Position numbers and translations under genes: made by a program. From assembly GCA_964514975.1 (NCBI GenBank), contig CAZESS010000004.1, positions 1,708 to 65,707 of the forward strand: 64,000 nt of DNA, read 5' to 3'. The notes under the pieces are model-generated. The model ran no database searches and had not been told where the DNA came from. It saw only the letters and a program-made list of their open reading frames with translations. Origin of the DNA: an uncultured Thermoplasmatales archaeon. Its GTDB lineage: Archaea; Thermoplasmatota; E2; UBA202; DSCA01. Of this stretch, positions 9,545 to 19,158 are shown piece by piece. Position 1 is the stretch's first letter, and every line of letters starts with the position of its first letter.

Positions 9545-10900
9545 ATGAGCAACGTCTGCCCGCTTGATTTTCGCTACGGCCGCGACCACATCAAACAACT
9601 GTTCAGCGAGGAGGGACGCCTGCGCCATCAACTGCTGGTGGAGGCGGCGCTCGCCCGCGCCCATGCCTCCCTGGGAACGATTCCCGATGCGGCGGCCAGG
9701 GAGATATCCGAGAAGGCGTCGCTTGAGCATGTCGACGTGAAACGCGTCAGGGAGATAGAACGGGAGATACATCATGACGTGATGGCGATGGTGAAGGCGC
9801 TGGCTGAGCAGTGTGGCGGCGATGCCGGCAACTATGTCCATCTCGGCGCCACCTCCTATGACATCGTTGACTCTGCGAATGCGCTGCAGATACAGGAGGC
9901 GCTGGACATCATCCACGGCGACCTGCGCACGTTGCAGCAAACGCTGATGGAGCTGGCCGACAGGTATCAGGATACCGTGATGCTCGGCCGGACCCATGGA
10001 CAGGCGGCGCTGCCGGTCACCTTTGGTCTGAAGATGGCGGTTTTCGCGTCGGAGGTCAGCCGGCATGCCCGCCGCATCGCTGACTGCCGCCGTGAGATAT
10101 CGGTCGGCAAGATGGCCGGGGCGGTGGGCACCGGCGCCGGCTTCGGCGACCGGTTTTTCATGCTGCAGGAGCGGGTGATGCAGGAGCTCGGGCTTGAGGC
10201 TGAACTGCCGGCGACACAGATCGTTGGCCGGGATCGCTACATCCGGCTGCTGTCGACCCTGGCGAACATTGCCGCCTCGCTGGAAAAATTCGCCACTGAG
10301 ATACGGAACCTGCAGCGCACCGAGATAGGGGAAGCAGCGGAATCGTTTGGCAGCAAGCAGGTGGGCTCGTCGACGATGCCCCACAAGAAAAACCCCATCC
10401 TCTGTGAGCAAATATGCGGACTAGCGCGGATGGTTCGGGCGCAGCTTTTGCCCGCCTGGGAGAACGCGGTGCAGTGGCACGAGCGCGACCTGTGCAACTC
10501 GTCGTCCGAGCGCTTCATCGTGCCCCATGCGCTGGTGTTGTCCGACTGGATTCTATTCCGGATGAACAAGGTGTTTTCGGCGCTGGACGTGCATCCCGAC
10601 CGGATGGCGGAAAACATCGAGCGGAGCCAGGGGTTGCCATTGGCGGAGGCGGTGATGCTCCGGCTTGTCGACGAGGGCACGGGACGCCAGGAGGCCCATG
10701 AGCTGCTGCGCCGGTGCTCCCTCGAAGCACTGGAATCCGGGCGTCATCTCCGGGAGGTGTTGATGGAAAACAGCGCGGTTCGCTCCCGGCTGGATGAGAA
10801 GGATATTACACGGGCGCTCGACGCCGCGGCATATGTCGGGGCTGCCCCGGACATCGTCCGGCGGACGCTCAGCCGGCTATCTGAGGAGCTCGAGGAATGA
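9545..10900 (+). CDS. purB: Adenylosuccinate lyase
   Basis: HDVMA, HLGATS, GRTHGQ and the signature GSSTMPHKKNP. Confidence 0.97.
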   Translation: MSNVCPLDFRYGRDHIKQLFSEEGRLRHQLLVEAALARAHASLGTIPDAAAREISEKASLEHVDVKRVREIEREIHHDVMAMVKALAEQCGGDAGNYVHLGATSYDIVDSANALQIQEALDIIHGDLRTLQQTLMELADRYQDTVMLGRTHGQAALPVTFGLKMAVFASEVSRHARRIADCRREISVGKMAGAVGTGAGFGDRFFMLQERVMQELGLEAELPATQIVGRDRYIRLLSTLANIAASLEKFATEIRNLQRTEIGEAAESFGSKQVGSSTMPHKKNPILCEQICGLARMVRAQLLPAWENAVQWHERDLCNSSSERFIVPHALVLSDWILFRMNKVFSALDVHPDRMAENIERSQGLPLAEAVMLRLVDEGTGRQEAHELLRRCSLEALESGRHLREVLMENSAVRSRLDEKDITRALDAAAYVGAAPDIVRRTLSRLSEELEE

Positions 10901-12553
10901 GGACAGCGGCATGATGTCGTGGTCCCGGACGTAGCTGAGCAGGTCGAGGATGGCGTCGCTGGGCAGCGCGTCGATGTCATCTATGTGTATGGAGGTGCCG
11001 CCCTCGCTGCCGCCCGGCGAGGGGAACTGCTGGGAAAAGATGTTGTCGCGCTCGAAGTCCATGAGCATGGCGATGCCGAACAGGGTGCCGTAGCTCTGGG
11101 ATGCGCGCGTTGCCGTGTAGGTGTCCGCACCGAGCAGGTCGGTGAGACATCCCACGCCCGCGAGGGTACCGTAGCCCTGTGCATGTGCCGCCGCCTCATA
11201 CCGGTCGTTGCCCATCACGTCTACCATGAGGCCAGTGCTCATTTTTTTCAGGCCGGTCGTCCAGCCCTCGCCGGCGCCCTGCGCGTTGGAGCCCGAGCGA
11301 TACTGGTCGTCTCCCAGGCAGTCGAGCAGAAGAGCGATGCCGCCGGCCGTGGCGCTCCCCTGCACATAGTTTCCCCCAACATAGACATCGTCGCCGGCAA
11401 TGTCGAGCAGAAGGGCGACGGCGTTGGCGTTGGAGCATCCCTGTGAATGGTTGCCGGCATGGTACCGGTCGGTGCCGTCGGTGTCGACCATGAGCGCGAT
11501 GCCGCCGGCGTGGGCACAGGCCTGTGCATGGTCGCCTGCATGGTAGCTGTCGTCGCCGCCGACGTCCAGCATGAACGAGATGCCGCCGCAGGCGTAGGAC
11601 TGCGACCAGCTGCCGGTCTGGTAGACATCGTTGCCGGCGATGTCGAACTGCATGGCGATGCCGAGAAACGAGCTGGCTGTTTTGCCCTGGTACCGGTCGC
11701 TGCCGCCGGCGTCGATGCACAGCGCTGCCTCGCCGTATCCCCTGGTTGTGTAGATGTCGTCGCCGCCGACGTCGATGCACAGCGCTGCGGCACCGGTATG
11801 GGTGTCATCGCCGCTGCCGCCGATGCAGATGTAGCCGGATGGATCGCGCAGCGTGGTGTTGTAGCCCACACTGCCGGCGATGACGGGTGTGGCGATGCGG
11901 ACGGCCCTGACCATCTGCAGGCTGCCCTCAACGAGCTTTTCGGTGTCGATTTTTTCGATGAGGCTGAACAGGTAGCTGGTGTTGCTCTGGAACAGGCTGA
12001 CGTCGGGGAGTATGTTCAGCCGCTGGGCGAGGGTGTTCCTGACCAGGTCGCCCAGGTCGGTTTCGCTCTGGTTGTGCCGGCTGAGATATATTCGCTCATC
12101 CGCGGATAGATTCTGCGTCGCCTGCCTGGCGAGCACGGTTGCCTGGTTGAGGGCCACGAGCAACAGCGCGGCTGCTTTACGCAATGCATCGGGCATCGCC
12201 GCGGTCTGCTGGAAAAACTGCTGCTGGTCTGTCTGGCTCACCGTGATGTTGTGCAGGCGGTAGAAGGAGACAACGGCGTCCTCGAGCCATGTTTCGTTGT
12301 CCCTGAGAAGCATGTCGATGTTGCCGGTCGCCTGCACCAGCTCCATGGTGATGTTTGCCTGCTGCGCTGTCCCCAGGATGTCCATGCCGGCAGGCAGCGC
12401 ATGGATGAACGAGGAAATGTTCGCCAGCGAGGGCATATCCCTGAACTGGCTGCCAAGGGGCGCCGCTGTCGCTGCACCGGAGGCATGGCCGGTGCTGCCG
12501 GCGAGCGGGGTGAGCAGGAACAGCAGAACGACGGCGACGCACGCCTTTTTCAT
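10877..12553 (-). CDS. Secreted hypothetical protein with ~8 Asp/Gly-rich repeats (LLDxxGDDxY...xQG)
   Basis: Signal peptide MKKACVAVVLLFLLTPLAG; repeated ~29-aa units. Start placed at ATG 12553. Confidence 0.8.
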   Translation of the reverse strand: MKKACVAVVLLFLLTPLAGSTGHASGAATAAPLGSQFRDMPSLANISSFIHALPAGMDILGTAQQANITMELVQATGNIDMLLRDNETWLEDAVVSFYRLHNITVSQTDQQQFFQQTAAMPDALRKAAALLLVALNQATVLARQATQNLSADERIYLSRHNQSETDLGDLVRNTLAQRLNILPDVSLFQSNTSYLFSLIEKIDTEKLVEGSLQMVRAVRIATPVIAGSVGYNTTLRDPSGYICIGGSGDDTHTGAAALCIDVGGDDIYTTRGYGEAALCIDAGGSDRYQGKTASSFLGIAMQFDIAGNDVYQTGSWSQSYACGGISFMLDVGGDDSYHAGDHAQACAHAGGIALMVDTDGTDRYHAGNHSQGCSNANAVALLLDIAGDDVYVGGNYVQGSATAGGIALLLDCLGDDQYRSGSNAQGAGEGWTTGLKKMSTGLMVDVMGNDRYEAAAHAQGYGTLAGVGCLTDLLGADTYTATRASQSYGTLFGIAMLMDFERDNIFSQQFPSPGGSEGGTSIHIDDIDALPSDAILDLLSYVRDHDIMPLSSFLELLR

Positions 12554-12684
12554 ATATGCAGGAAAATAGACAGAGGATATATAAGTAGATTGGTATTTGC
12601 ATCGACCCGGTCTCATTTGGATGCATGGTCACCGAAATGTCAACGTTTTCTAAACATTTTTATCTCGCAGGAGGATAACCGGAT

Positions 12685-12867
12685 ATGGAAAACGGCGTCG
12701 GAGGCATCCTGTTATCCAGCATTCTCACCGTCAGCGGCATACTCGTCGTCATACTGAACATGTTTCATGAAAATATCCCCGCCTACATGGGGCTGGGGAT
12801 GGGACTGGTCGGGCTGGGCGTCATCGTTCACTATGGAACCTGCAGGTGCTCCGGGCCGGAATCCTGA
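12685..12867 (+). CDS. Small two-TM membrane protein
   Basis: 60-aa ORF with two hydrophobic segments and ggagg upstream. Confidence 0.6.
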   Translation: MENGVGGILLSSILTVSGILVVILNMFHENIPAYMGLGMGLVGLGVIVHYGTCRCSGPES

Positions 12868-12930
12868 CCGTCATGCAGCGGTAGGTACCGCACACAGTGC
12901 AGACCCGATGCCCCTCTGGATGGCGCATCT

Positions 12931-12940
12931 CTTTTATATA
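12931..12940 (+). promoter_or_regulatory. TATA box of tRNA-Leu
   Basis: cttttatata ending ~22 nt upstream of the tRNA. Confidence 0.6.
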
Positions 12941-12961
12941 CCTCGGGGCATACAATCGTAG

Positions 12962-13074
12962 GCAGGGGTAGCCAAGCATGGCCAACGGCGCAGGACTTAA
13001 GATCGAAGCAGCAAAGGGTTCGAGGAGACATCCTGTCTCGAAGGAGTCCGGGGGTTCAAATCCCTCCCCCTGCA
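12962..13074 (+). tRNA. tRNA-Leu(TAA) with a 28-nt intron at 37/38 (13002-13029)
   Basis: Acceptor GCAGGGG/CCCCTGC-A; anticodon arm CAGGA-CTTAAG[intron]A-TCCTG; long variable arm; GGTTCAAATCC T-arm; intron stem tcgaa/ttcga. Confidence 0.93.
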
Positions 13075-13122
13075 TTTGCACCCTGGCACAAGATTAATAT
13101 TTCAGAGGGCGATGTGGGAAGC

Positions 13123-13974
13123 ATGGCGCTCCCCGATGTGCAGTCATGGCGTCCCCAGTCCCGGTTCAAGCTCACCAGGGTCGGGATACAGGGCATCAAG
13201 AAGCAGGTCTACATCCAGCGACCGGAGCGGACCGTGCAGCTCATCGTGTCGATGGACGTCTTCGTTGACCTGCCCGCCTCGAAAAAGGGCAGCGACCTGT
13301 CCCGCAACTCGGAGGTCATCGAGGACGTCGTCGAACGAAGCGCCCGGAGCCCGTCATCGAGCCTCGAGGACCTGTGCGGGGACATCGCCGAGCGATTGCT
13401 GGAAAAACATGAATATGCGACGCGCTCGGAGGTCTGCGCCACGGCGGACTATTTCCTCGACCGGTTCACGCCGAACGGCCGGAAGACCATGGAGCCCTAC
13501 CATATCATGGCGGAGGTCACCGCCACCAAGGGGCAGGTGCAGCGGTTCATCGGGGTCGAGGTCACCGGCATGACCGCCTGCCCATGCGCGATGGAGGCCA
13601 TCCGGCAGAGCGAGGGCGTCGATGCGCGGATGACACACAACCAGCGGAACGTTGCGACGCTCGTGATGGAAAGCTGCGATGACGTCGACGCGGACGACCT
13701 CATAGACATCGCGGAGGCGTCGATGAGCTCGCCGACCTACGAGATACTGAAACGGAACGACGAAAAAGACGTGGTGGTAAACGCCCACAGCAACCCAAAA
13801 TTCGTGGAGGACGTGGTGCGGGACCTCCTGAAAAACATCCTGGATCGATATCCCGGGCTGCCCGACGACGTCGAGGTCGTCGCACGGAGCACCAGCCTCG
13901 AGTCAATCCATAAACATAATGCTTACGCCGAGCGGGTGACCACGCTCGGAGAGCTCAGAGAGAAGGAGACATAA
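13123..13974 (+). CDS. mptA: GTP cyclohydrolase MptA (FolE2 family)
   Basis: LPDVQ start, GMTACPCA, THNQR, LKRNDE, NPKFVEDVVR, ESIHKHNAYA. Confidence 0.93.
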   Translation: MALPDVQSWRPQSRFKLTRVGIQGIKKQVYIQRPERTVQLIVSMDVFVDLPASKKGSDLSRNSEVIEDVVERSARSPSSSLEDLCGDIAERLLEKHEYATRSEVCATADYFLDRFTPNGRKTMEPYHIMAEVTATKGQVQRFIGVEVTGMTACPCAMEAIRQSEGVDARMTHNQRNVATLVMESCDDVDADDLIDIAEASMSSPTYEILKRNDEKDVVVNAHSNPKFVEDVVRDLLKNILDRYPGLPDDVEVVARSTSLESIHKHNAYAERVTTLGELREKET

Positions 13975-13976
13975 AT

Positions 13977-14618
13977 ATGCTGGCAAAATGTCAACAACAC
14001 GGCTACTACCGGGGCGGACAGTGCCCGGTATGCGAGGAAAAAGGAAAGTTTTTGATGAACGACCGCGAAATCCGGAATCTCGGCGGCACCGTCACCGGCG
14101 TCCTGCGGCATTTCCCCGAGCAGTTCGGGATCCGCATGGACCATCACGGCTGGGTGAACCTGGGGGCACTCGTCGACGCTATCAAGGGCGAACGCCTGGA
14201 TTTCCACTGGCTTCGCACGGAGCACATCGTCGCGCTCGCTGAAACAGACAAGAAGGGGCGCTACGAGGTGGACGGGGACTGGATACGCGCCACCTATGCG
14301 CACACCATCGACCTTGACCTTTCCGACCTGCCGAAAAGCGATACCGACGAACTCTACTACCCGGTGACCGAGGAGGAGGCAGACCTCATCGTGGAAACCG
14401 GGCTGTATCCCACCGACCGCGCCAAGGTGCATCTCAGCAGAACAAAACGGAAGGCCATGGAAGCCGGAAAAATCCGCACGGAAAACCCGGTTATCCTGGC
14501 GGTCGACGCCGCCCGGGCCCGGGAGGACGGCATCGACATCCGGCGGGCGGGCCGCGACGTCTGCGTCGCCGACGAAATCGATGCGAAATATCTGTCGCTG
14601 GTCGACGGCGAGCAGTAA
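13977..14618 (+). CDS. kptA: RNA 2'-phosphotransferase (Tpt1/KptA)
   Basis: LRHFPEQFGI.MD..GWV, KGRYE, IRATYAHT, VHLS; N-terminal CxxH..CPxC knuckle. Confidence 0.92.
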   Translation: MLAKCQQHGYYRGGQCPVCEEKGKFLMNDREIRNLGGTVTGVLRHFPEQFGIRMDHHGWVNLGALVDAIKGERLDFHWLRTEHIVALAETDKKGRYEVDGDWIRATYAHTIDLDLSDLPKSDTDELYYPVTEEEADLIVETGLYPTDRAKVHLSRTKRKAMEAGKIRTENPVILAVDAARAREDGIDIRRAGRDVCVADEIDAKYLSLVDGEQ

Positions 14619-14648
14619 ATTTTTATATTGATACCGGTATAGCGCTCG

Positions 14649-14722
14649 GGGCTCGTGGCTCAGCTAGGTAGAGCAGCAGGCTCTTAACCTGTCGGTCAGG
14701 GGTTCGAATCCCCTCGAGCCCG
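14649..14722 (+). tRNA. tRNA-Lys(CTT)
   Basis: Acceptor GGGCTCG/CGAGCCC-G; anticodon loop CTCTTAA; GGTTCGAATCC; TATA-like ttttata upstream and a poly-T tract downstream. Confidence 0.95.
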
Positions 14723-14873
14723 TTTTTTTTTTAGAATATTTCGACAGCTTTAAATGACATACCGGGGATAAACATGCGGAATCGACAGGGGTAGAGAGCT
14801 ATTCTTTTATTCGATCCATCAACAGCGGTGGCTGTACAGGCAACGTAATATATTGATATGCTGATAGCATAGT

Positions 14874-15827
14874 ATGGCAAACGATGTCCGGCCGCGAGTG
14901 GTCGTCAGCGCCTGCCTCGAGTTCAAGCCGGTGCGCTACAACGGCCAGGTCATGCCCTCCCGGGTCGTCAGGGACCTGCAGCCCCATGTCGAATATATAA
15001 CGGTCTGCCCGGAGCACGAGATAGGGCTCGGGGTTCCCCGGGACCCCATCCGCATCGTCCGTGAGCAGGGCAAGGAATGGCTCCTGCAGCCCCGGACCGG
15101 GCAGGATGTCACCGAAAAAATGGACAGCTTCACCGATGGGTTTCTCGAAACGCTGCCGCCGGTCGACGGCTTCATCTTCAAGTCGGGGTCGCCCACCATC
15201 GGCCTCCATAACATCAGGGTCTACGCCGGTGTTGACAGCCCGGCCGTCGTCGACAAAACCAGCGGGTTTTTCGCCCGGAAAATCATGGAGCGCTACCACG
15301 GCTACCCGATGGAGGAGGACGACCGGTTGCGCAACAGCCGGATACGGCATCATTTTCTCACCAAACTTTTTTCCTTCGCCGCGTTCAGACAGGCAGCCGA
15401 GAGCGACGACCTGCCCGTCTTCCATGAACGCAACCGGCTGCTGTTCGCCGCCTACGATCCATCGGCGGCAGCACAACTGGACGGCGGCATGGATGCAGCA
15501 CGGTACCGCGATGGGATGAAACATGTGCTGTCACGGCCGCCCACAACAGAGAACATCATGACGATGGCGGGACAGATAATGGATGTCATCGCACCGGAGC
15601 TTACATCGGCAGAGCGGGCGTCCGTCGACGAGCAGATACACGCATATGGTGCCAATCGTCTCTCCGAGCAGGGGCTGTTCGTGCTGCTAAGAAGCATTCT
15701 CATCCGGCAGGGGCATCCCCTGAAGGCGCAGACCCTGTTCGCCCCGTATCCATCCGACCTGCTGCCGCCAGCTGAGCAATACCGCGACCATGACTACTGG
15801 AAAAACGGGGCGTTCACCTATGGATGA
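14874..15827 (+). CDS. DUF523/DUF1722 (YbgA-like; 2-thiouracil desulfurase-related) protein
   Basis: VSACL...VRYNG, VCPE.EIGLGVPR.PIR, GFIFKSGSPT, GFFA, EEDDRL; overlaps the photolyase start. Confidence 0.88.
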   Translation: MANDVRPRVVVSACLEFKPVRYNGQVMPSRVVRDLQPHVEYITVCPEHEIGLGVPRDPIRIVREQGKEWLLQPRTGQDVTEKMDSFTDGFLETLPPVDGFIFKSGSPTIGLHNIRVYAGVDSPAVVDKTSGFFARKIMERYHGYPMEEDDRLRNSRIRHHFLTKLFSFAAFRQAAESDDLPVFHERNRLLFAAYDPSAAAQLDGGMDAARYRDGMKHVLSRPPTTENIMTMAGQIMDVIAPELTSAERASVDEQIHAYGANRLSEQGLFVLLRSILIRQGHPLKAQTLFAPYPSDLLPPAEQYRDHDYWKNGAFTYG

Positions 15828-17157
15828 CCGTCGGGTCCGACAGCTCAACGATGCATCCCGCCGAGCAGGCCCCGTGGTGTACTGGATGAGCCGAGACCAG
15901 CGCGCCCGTGACAACTGGGCGCTCCTCTATGCGCAGGCGCTCGCCGCGGCGCATGACACCACGACGATGGTCGTTTTCTGCCTCGTCCCATCGTTTCTCG
16001 GCGCGACGGCACGGCAGTATGATTTCATGCTCGAGGGGCTCCGGGAGACAGCGGCTGTGCTCCACGAGCACGGCATCCCGTTTTATCTGCTGTCGGGCGA
16101 GCCAGGGGAACGCATCCCTCGCTTCGTTGAACGGCATGACGTCGGTGCCCTGGTCACCGATTTCGACCCGCTGCGGGTCAAACGGGAATGGAGACAGCAG
16201 GTCGCCCGGGCAATCGAGATACCCTGCCTTGAGGTCGACGCGCACAACGTGGTTCCCTGCCGGGTTGCCTCAGACAAAAAAGAATACGCCGCATACACCA
16301 TCCGCCCGAAGATACATCGACAGCTCTCCACGTTTCTCCAGCCCTTCCCCGCGCTGCGGCGGCAGACGCCATCCGAAAACCTGCCCGACAATGACTGGAC
16401 GGCAGCCCGGCCATCCCTCGACATCGATGACAGCGCTACGGTCGACTGGCTGACATCCGGCCCATCCGCGGCGCGTGAAACACTCCAGCGCTTCGTCAGA
16501 GGCAGGCTCGAGGGCTACCCCGACCGGCGGAACGACCCAACCGTCGACGGGCTGTCGAACCTGTCGCCCTATCTGCATTTTGGTCACATCGCAGCGCAGC
16601 GAGTGGCCCTTGAGGTGCAACAGGCCGATGTTTCACGGGAGGCACGGGACGCGTTTCTGGAGGAGCTGCTGGTCCGCCGTGAGCTCTCCGACAACTTTTG
16701 CCTCTACGAGCCCTGGTATGACAGCCCCCAGGGGTTCCCGGACTGGGCACAAAAAACGCTGGCGGAGCACCGCGACGACGAGCGGGAACATGTCTACACG
16801 CTGGAGGAGTTCGAACGGGCGGCGACGCATGACGAGCTGTGGAATGCAGCGCAGATGGAGATGGTGAAGCAGGGCAAGATGCACGGCTACCTCAGGATGT
16901 ACTGGGCGAAAAAAATCCTGGAGTGGACGGCATCGCCCGGGGAGGCAATGAGCATCGCCATCTATCTCAATGACCGCTACGAGCTCGACGGCCGCGACCC
17001 AAACGGATATGCAGGCGTGGCATGGGCAATCGGCGGCGTGCACGACCGTGCGTGGCCGGAACGTCCTGTCTACGGCAAAATCCGTTACATGAGCCATGGC
17101 GGGGCGCAGCGAAAGTTCGACGTCGACGGCTACATCGCATCCGTTATGGCGCGATGA
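15820..17157 (+). CDS. phr: Class II CPD DNA photolyase
   Basis: VVYWMSRDQRARDNWAL, LSNLSPYLHFGHI, GKMHGYLRMYWAKKILEW, LDGRDPNGY, IGGVHDRAW, GKIRYM. Confidence 0.96.
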   Translation: MDDRRVRQLNDASRRAGPVVYWMSRDQRARDNWALLYAQALAAAHDTTTMVVFCLVPSFLGATARQYDFMLEGLRETAAVLHEHGIPFYLLSGEPGERIPRFVERHDVGALVTDFDPLRVKREWRQQVARAIEIPCLEVDAHNVVPCRVASDKKEYAAYTIRPKIHRQLSTFLQPFPALRRQTPSENLPDNDWTAARPSLDIDDSATVDWLTSGPSAARETLQRFVRGRLEGYPDRRNDPTVDGLSNLSPYLHFGHIAAQRVALEVQQADVSREARDAFLEELLVRRELSDNFCLYEPWYDSPQGFPDWAQKTLAEHRDDEREHVYTLEEFERAATHDELWNAAQMEMVKQGKMHGYLRMYWAKKILEWTASPGEAMSIAIYLNDRYELDGRDPNGYAGVAWAIGGVHDRAWPERPVYGKIRYMSHGGAQRKFDVDGYIASVMAR

Positions 17158-17174
17158 CCTCCGGGGGAAGGCTT

Positions 17175-18128
17175 ATGTATGCTCCAGCAGTTGAGAAATG
17201 GAGGTACATGGTCAACCGAGCTACACTGCGAGATGTCGTCATCCTGGGCAGGCTCCCGTTCCTGGCCGGCGGCTTGCTGCTGTTTATCATCGGGGCGCTG
17301 CTGGCGCTGCTCTCCGGCGCCGCGTTTTCCCTGCCGCGTTTTCTGTTCGGCTACATCATTTTTTTCACGGCGCAGCTTTCCCTGTCGTATAGCAACAACT
17401 ATTTCGACGTCGATGCAGACAGGTACAGCGAGCAAACCCCGATATCGGGAGGCAGCGCGGTGCTGGTGCGGCGGCCCGAGCTCAGGCCATTTGCCATCCG
17501 CTTTGCGCTTGCCCTAGTCACCATGTCGCTGGTGCTGGCCGTCGCCTTCACAATGGTGTATGAGTATCCGTGGTGGTTCGTGGGCTTCGTCGCGGGCGGC
17601 AACGCCCTCGGCTGGTTTTACACCGCTCCACCATTGCGGCTGGCCTACCGGGGGTGGGGGGAGCTGGCGACCGCGCTGACCTATGCGTTTTTGATGCCCG
17701 GCATCGGCTATCTAACATTCATGCAGCGGTTCGAATGGCTGTTTCTGTTCATGGCTGCACCATTGCTCCTGTACGGCCTGGAGTTCATCATCACGGTTGA
17801 ACTGCCCGACCTTGAGAGCGACCGCCGGGCTGCCAAGCACACCCTCGTGGTGAGAGTGGGCCGAAGGACATCGCTCGTTGTCGTGGCGCTGGCGCTGCTC
17901 GCCGCCACCCTGTCGTTCGTAGCGCTGTCCATGTATGCCACCGGGGTTCCATTTGACTTCTGGATGATAGCGCTGTTTTCCCTGATACCGCTGTCGACCG
18001 CCGTCGTCGGCCTATACCGGCTGTCCGGCAATCGCGATGTCATCGAGCATATCGCGCTGGGAAACATCGCCGGGCTGAACCTCTTTGCGCTGTCCATCAT
18101 CGTCTATTTCCTGCTGCTCCTGTCATGA
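17175..18128 (+). CDS. UbiA-family (MenA-like) membrane prenyltransferase
   Basis: NNYFDVDAD and ELPDLESD Asp-rich motifs, SGGSAVL, YTAPPLRLAYRGWGE, KHTLVVRVG; ~8-9 TM segments. Start is at 17175 or 17208. Confidence 0.85.
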   Translation: MYAPAVEKWRYMVNRATLRDVVILGRLPFLAGGLLLFIIGALLALLSGAAFSLPRFLFGYIIFFTAQLSLSYSNNYFDVDADRYSEQTPISGGSAVLVRRPELRPFAIRFALALVTMSLVLAVAFTMVYEYPWWFVGFVAGGNALGWFYTAPPLRLAYRGWGELATALTYAFLMPGIGYLTFMQRFEWLFLFMAAPLLLYGLEFIITVELPDLESDRRAAKHTLVVRVGRRTSLVVVALALLAATLSFVALSMYATGVPFDFWMIALFSLIPLSTAVVGLYRLSGNRDVIEHIALGNIAGLNLFALSIIVYFLLLLS

Positions 18129-18199
18129 CCCCGAAAATGGCCGAAAAATTTAGAAATGGTTAAATAAAAGCTGGCTATTTAAATGGCAGGAGGGGTCAT

Positions 18200-18967
18200 A
18201 TGGAAGCAAATGAAACCACGTTTTTGCGACTGCGGCGGTTCAACGCCGTCATGGGCGTCATACATCTGATACAGTCGGGGCTGATGTTCATACTCAGCAA
18301 CGACAACACCTGGGAAGTATTCTACACATACGCGAAATACATCGAGGGCGAAGGACTCGTCCCGCAAACGACACCGTTCGCCGACATCCAGCTCGCGCCG
18401 CTCGTCGCCCTGTTCCTGCTCATCTCAGCCATCGCCCATTTCACCCTGGCCACCATCGGCTACGACTGGTACAAGCGCAACCTCAAACAGCACATGAACC
18501 CGGCGCGGTGGTACGAGTACTCCATCAGCGCCTCGCTCATGATCGTCATCATCGCCATGCTCACCAACATACTCGACCTGGGCACACTGATCGCCCTGTT
18601 CGCGCTGACCGCGGTCATGAACCTCATGGGCCTGATGATGGAGCTGCACAACCAGACGACGGAGCAAACGAACTGGACGGCCTACATCATCGGCTGCATC
18701 GCCGGCATCGTTCCCTGGATCGTCATCGCCATCTCGCTGGTCGGCGCCAGCATCCAATCCGGCGGACAGGTCCCCGACTTCGTTATCGGCATCTACATCT
18801 CCATCGCCGTGTTCTTCAACCTCTTCGCCGTCAACATGGCGCTCCAGTACAAAAAAATCGGGAAATGGCGGGACTACCTCTACGGCGAACGGATGTACAT
18901 CGTCCTCAGCCTTGTCGCCAAATCGGCGCTGGCATGGCAGATATTCTTCGGCACCCTACAGCCCTAG
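18200..18967 (+). CDS. heR: Heliorhodopsin
   Basis: FNAVMGVIHLIQ (TM1 His), AIAH, NPARWYEYSISAS (Arg and counterion Glu), YLYGERMYIVLSLVAKSALAW (retinal-binding Lys); 7 TM. Confidence 0.95.
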   Translation: MEANETTFLRLRRFNAVMGVIHLIQSGLMFILSNDNTWEVFYTYAKYIEGEGLVPQTTPFADIQLAPLVALFLLISAIAHFTLATIGYDWYKRNLKQHMNPARWYEYSISASLMIVIIAMLTNILDLGTLIALFALTAVMNLMGLMMELHNQTTEQTNWTAYIIGCIAGIVPWIVIAISLVGASIQSGGQVPDFVIGIYISIAVFFNLFAVNMALQYKKIGKWRDYLYGERMYIVLSLVAKSALAWQIFFGTLQP

Positions 18968-19158
18968 GGAGACGGCAATGCAGCCATCCCGATCGGAGGA
19001 TGACACCCGTGGGCTGCTGTCAGGGATAAAAGCATGGCTGTATACCCGTGACAAACATAACGCCGAGCAGTCTTACAAGGCTCCATGCATCATCAATTAT
19101 AGCCTCCCCGGAGCTCAGAGATACAACCCGGCGGTCAGGATAGAGGAGACATGAGTGA

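Noticed and set aside
8852-10411. 519-aa minus-strand ORF
   Set aside because: Antisense shadow of purB and the FG-GAP remnant, with no recognisable motifs.
13977-14618. kptA, rtcA and intron-containing tRNAs as a dedicated RNA-repair system
   Set aside because: rtcA is ~29 kb away, both genes are widespread archaeal housekeeping genes, and no rtcB is linked.
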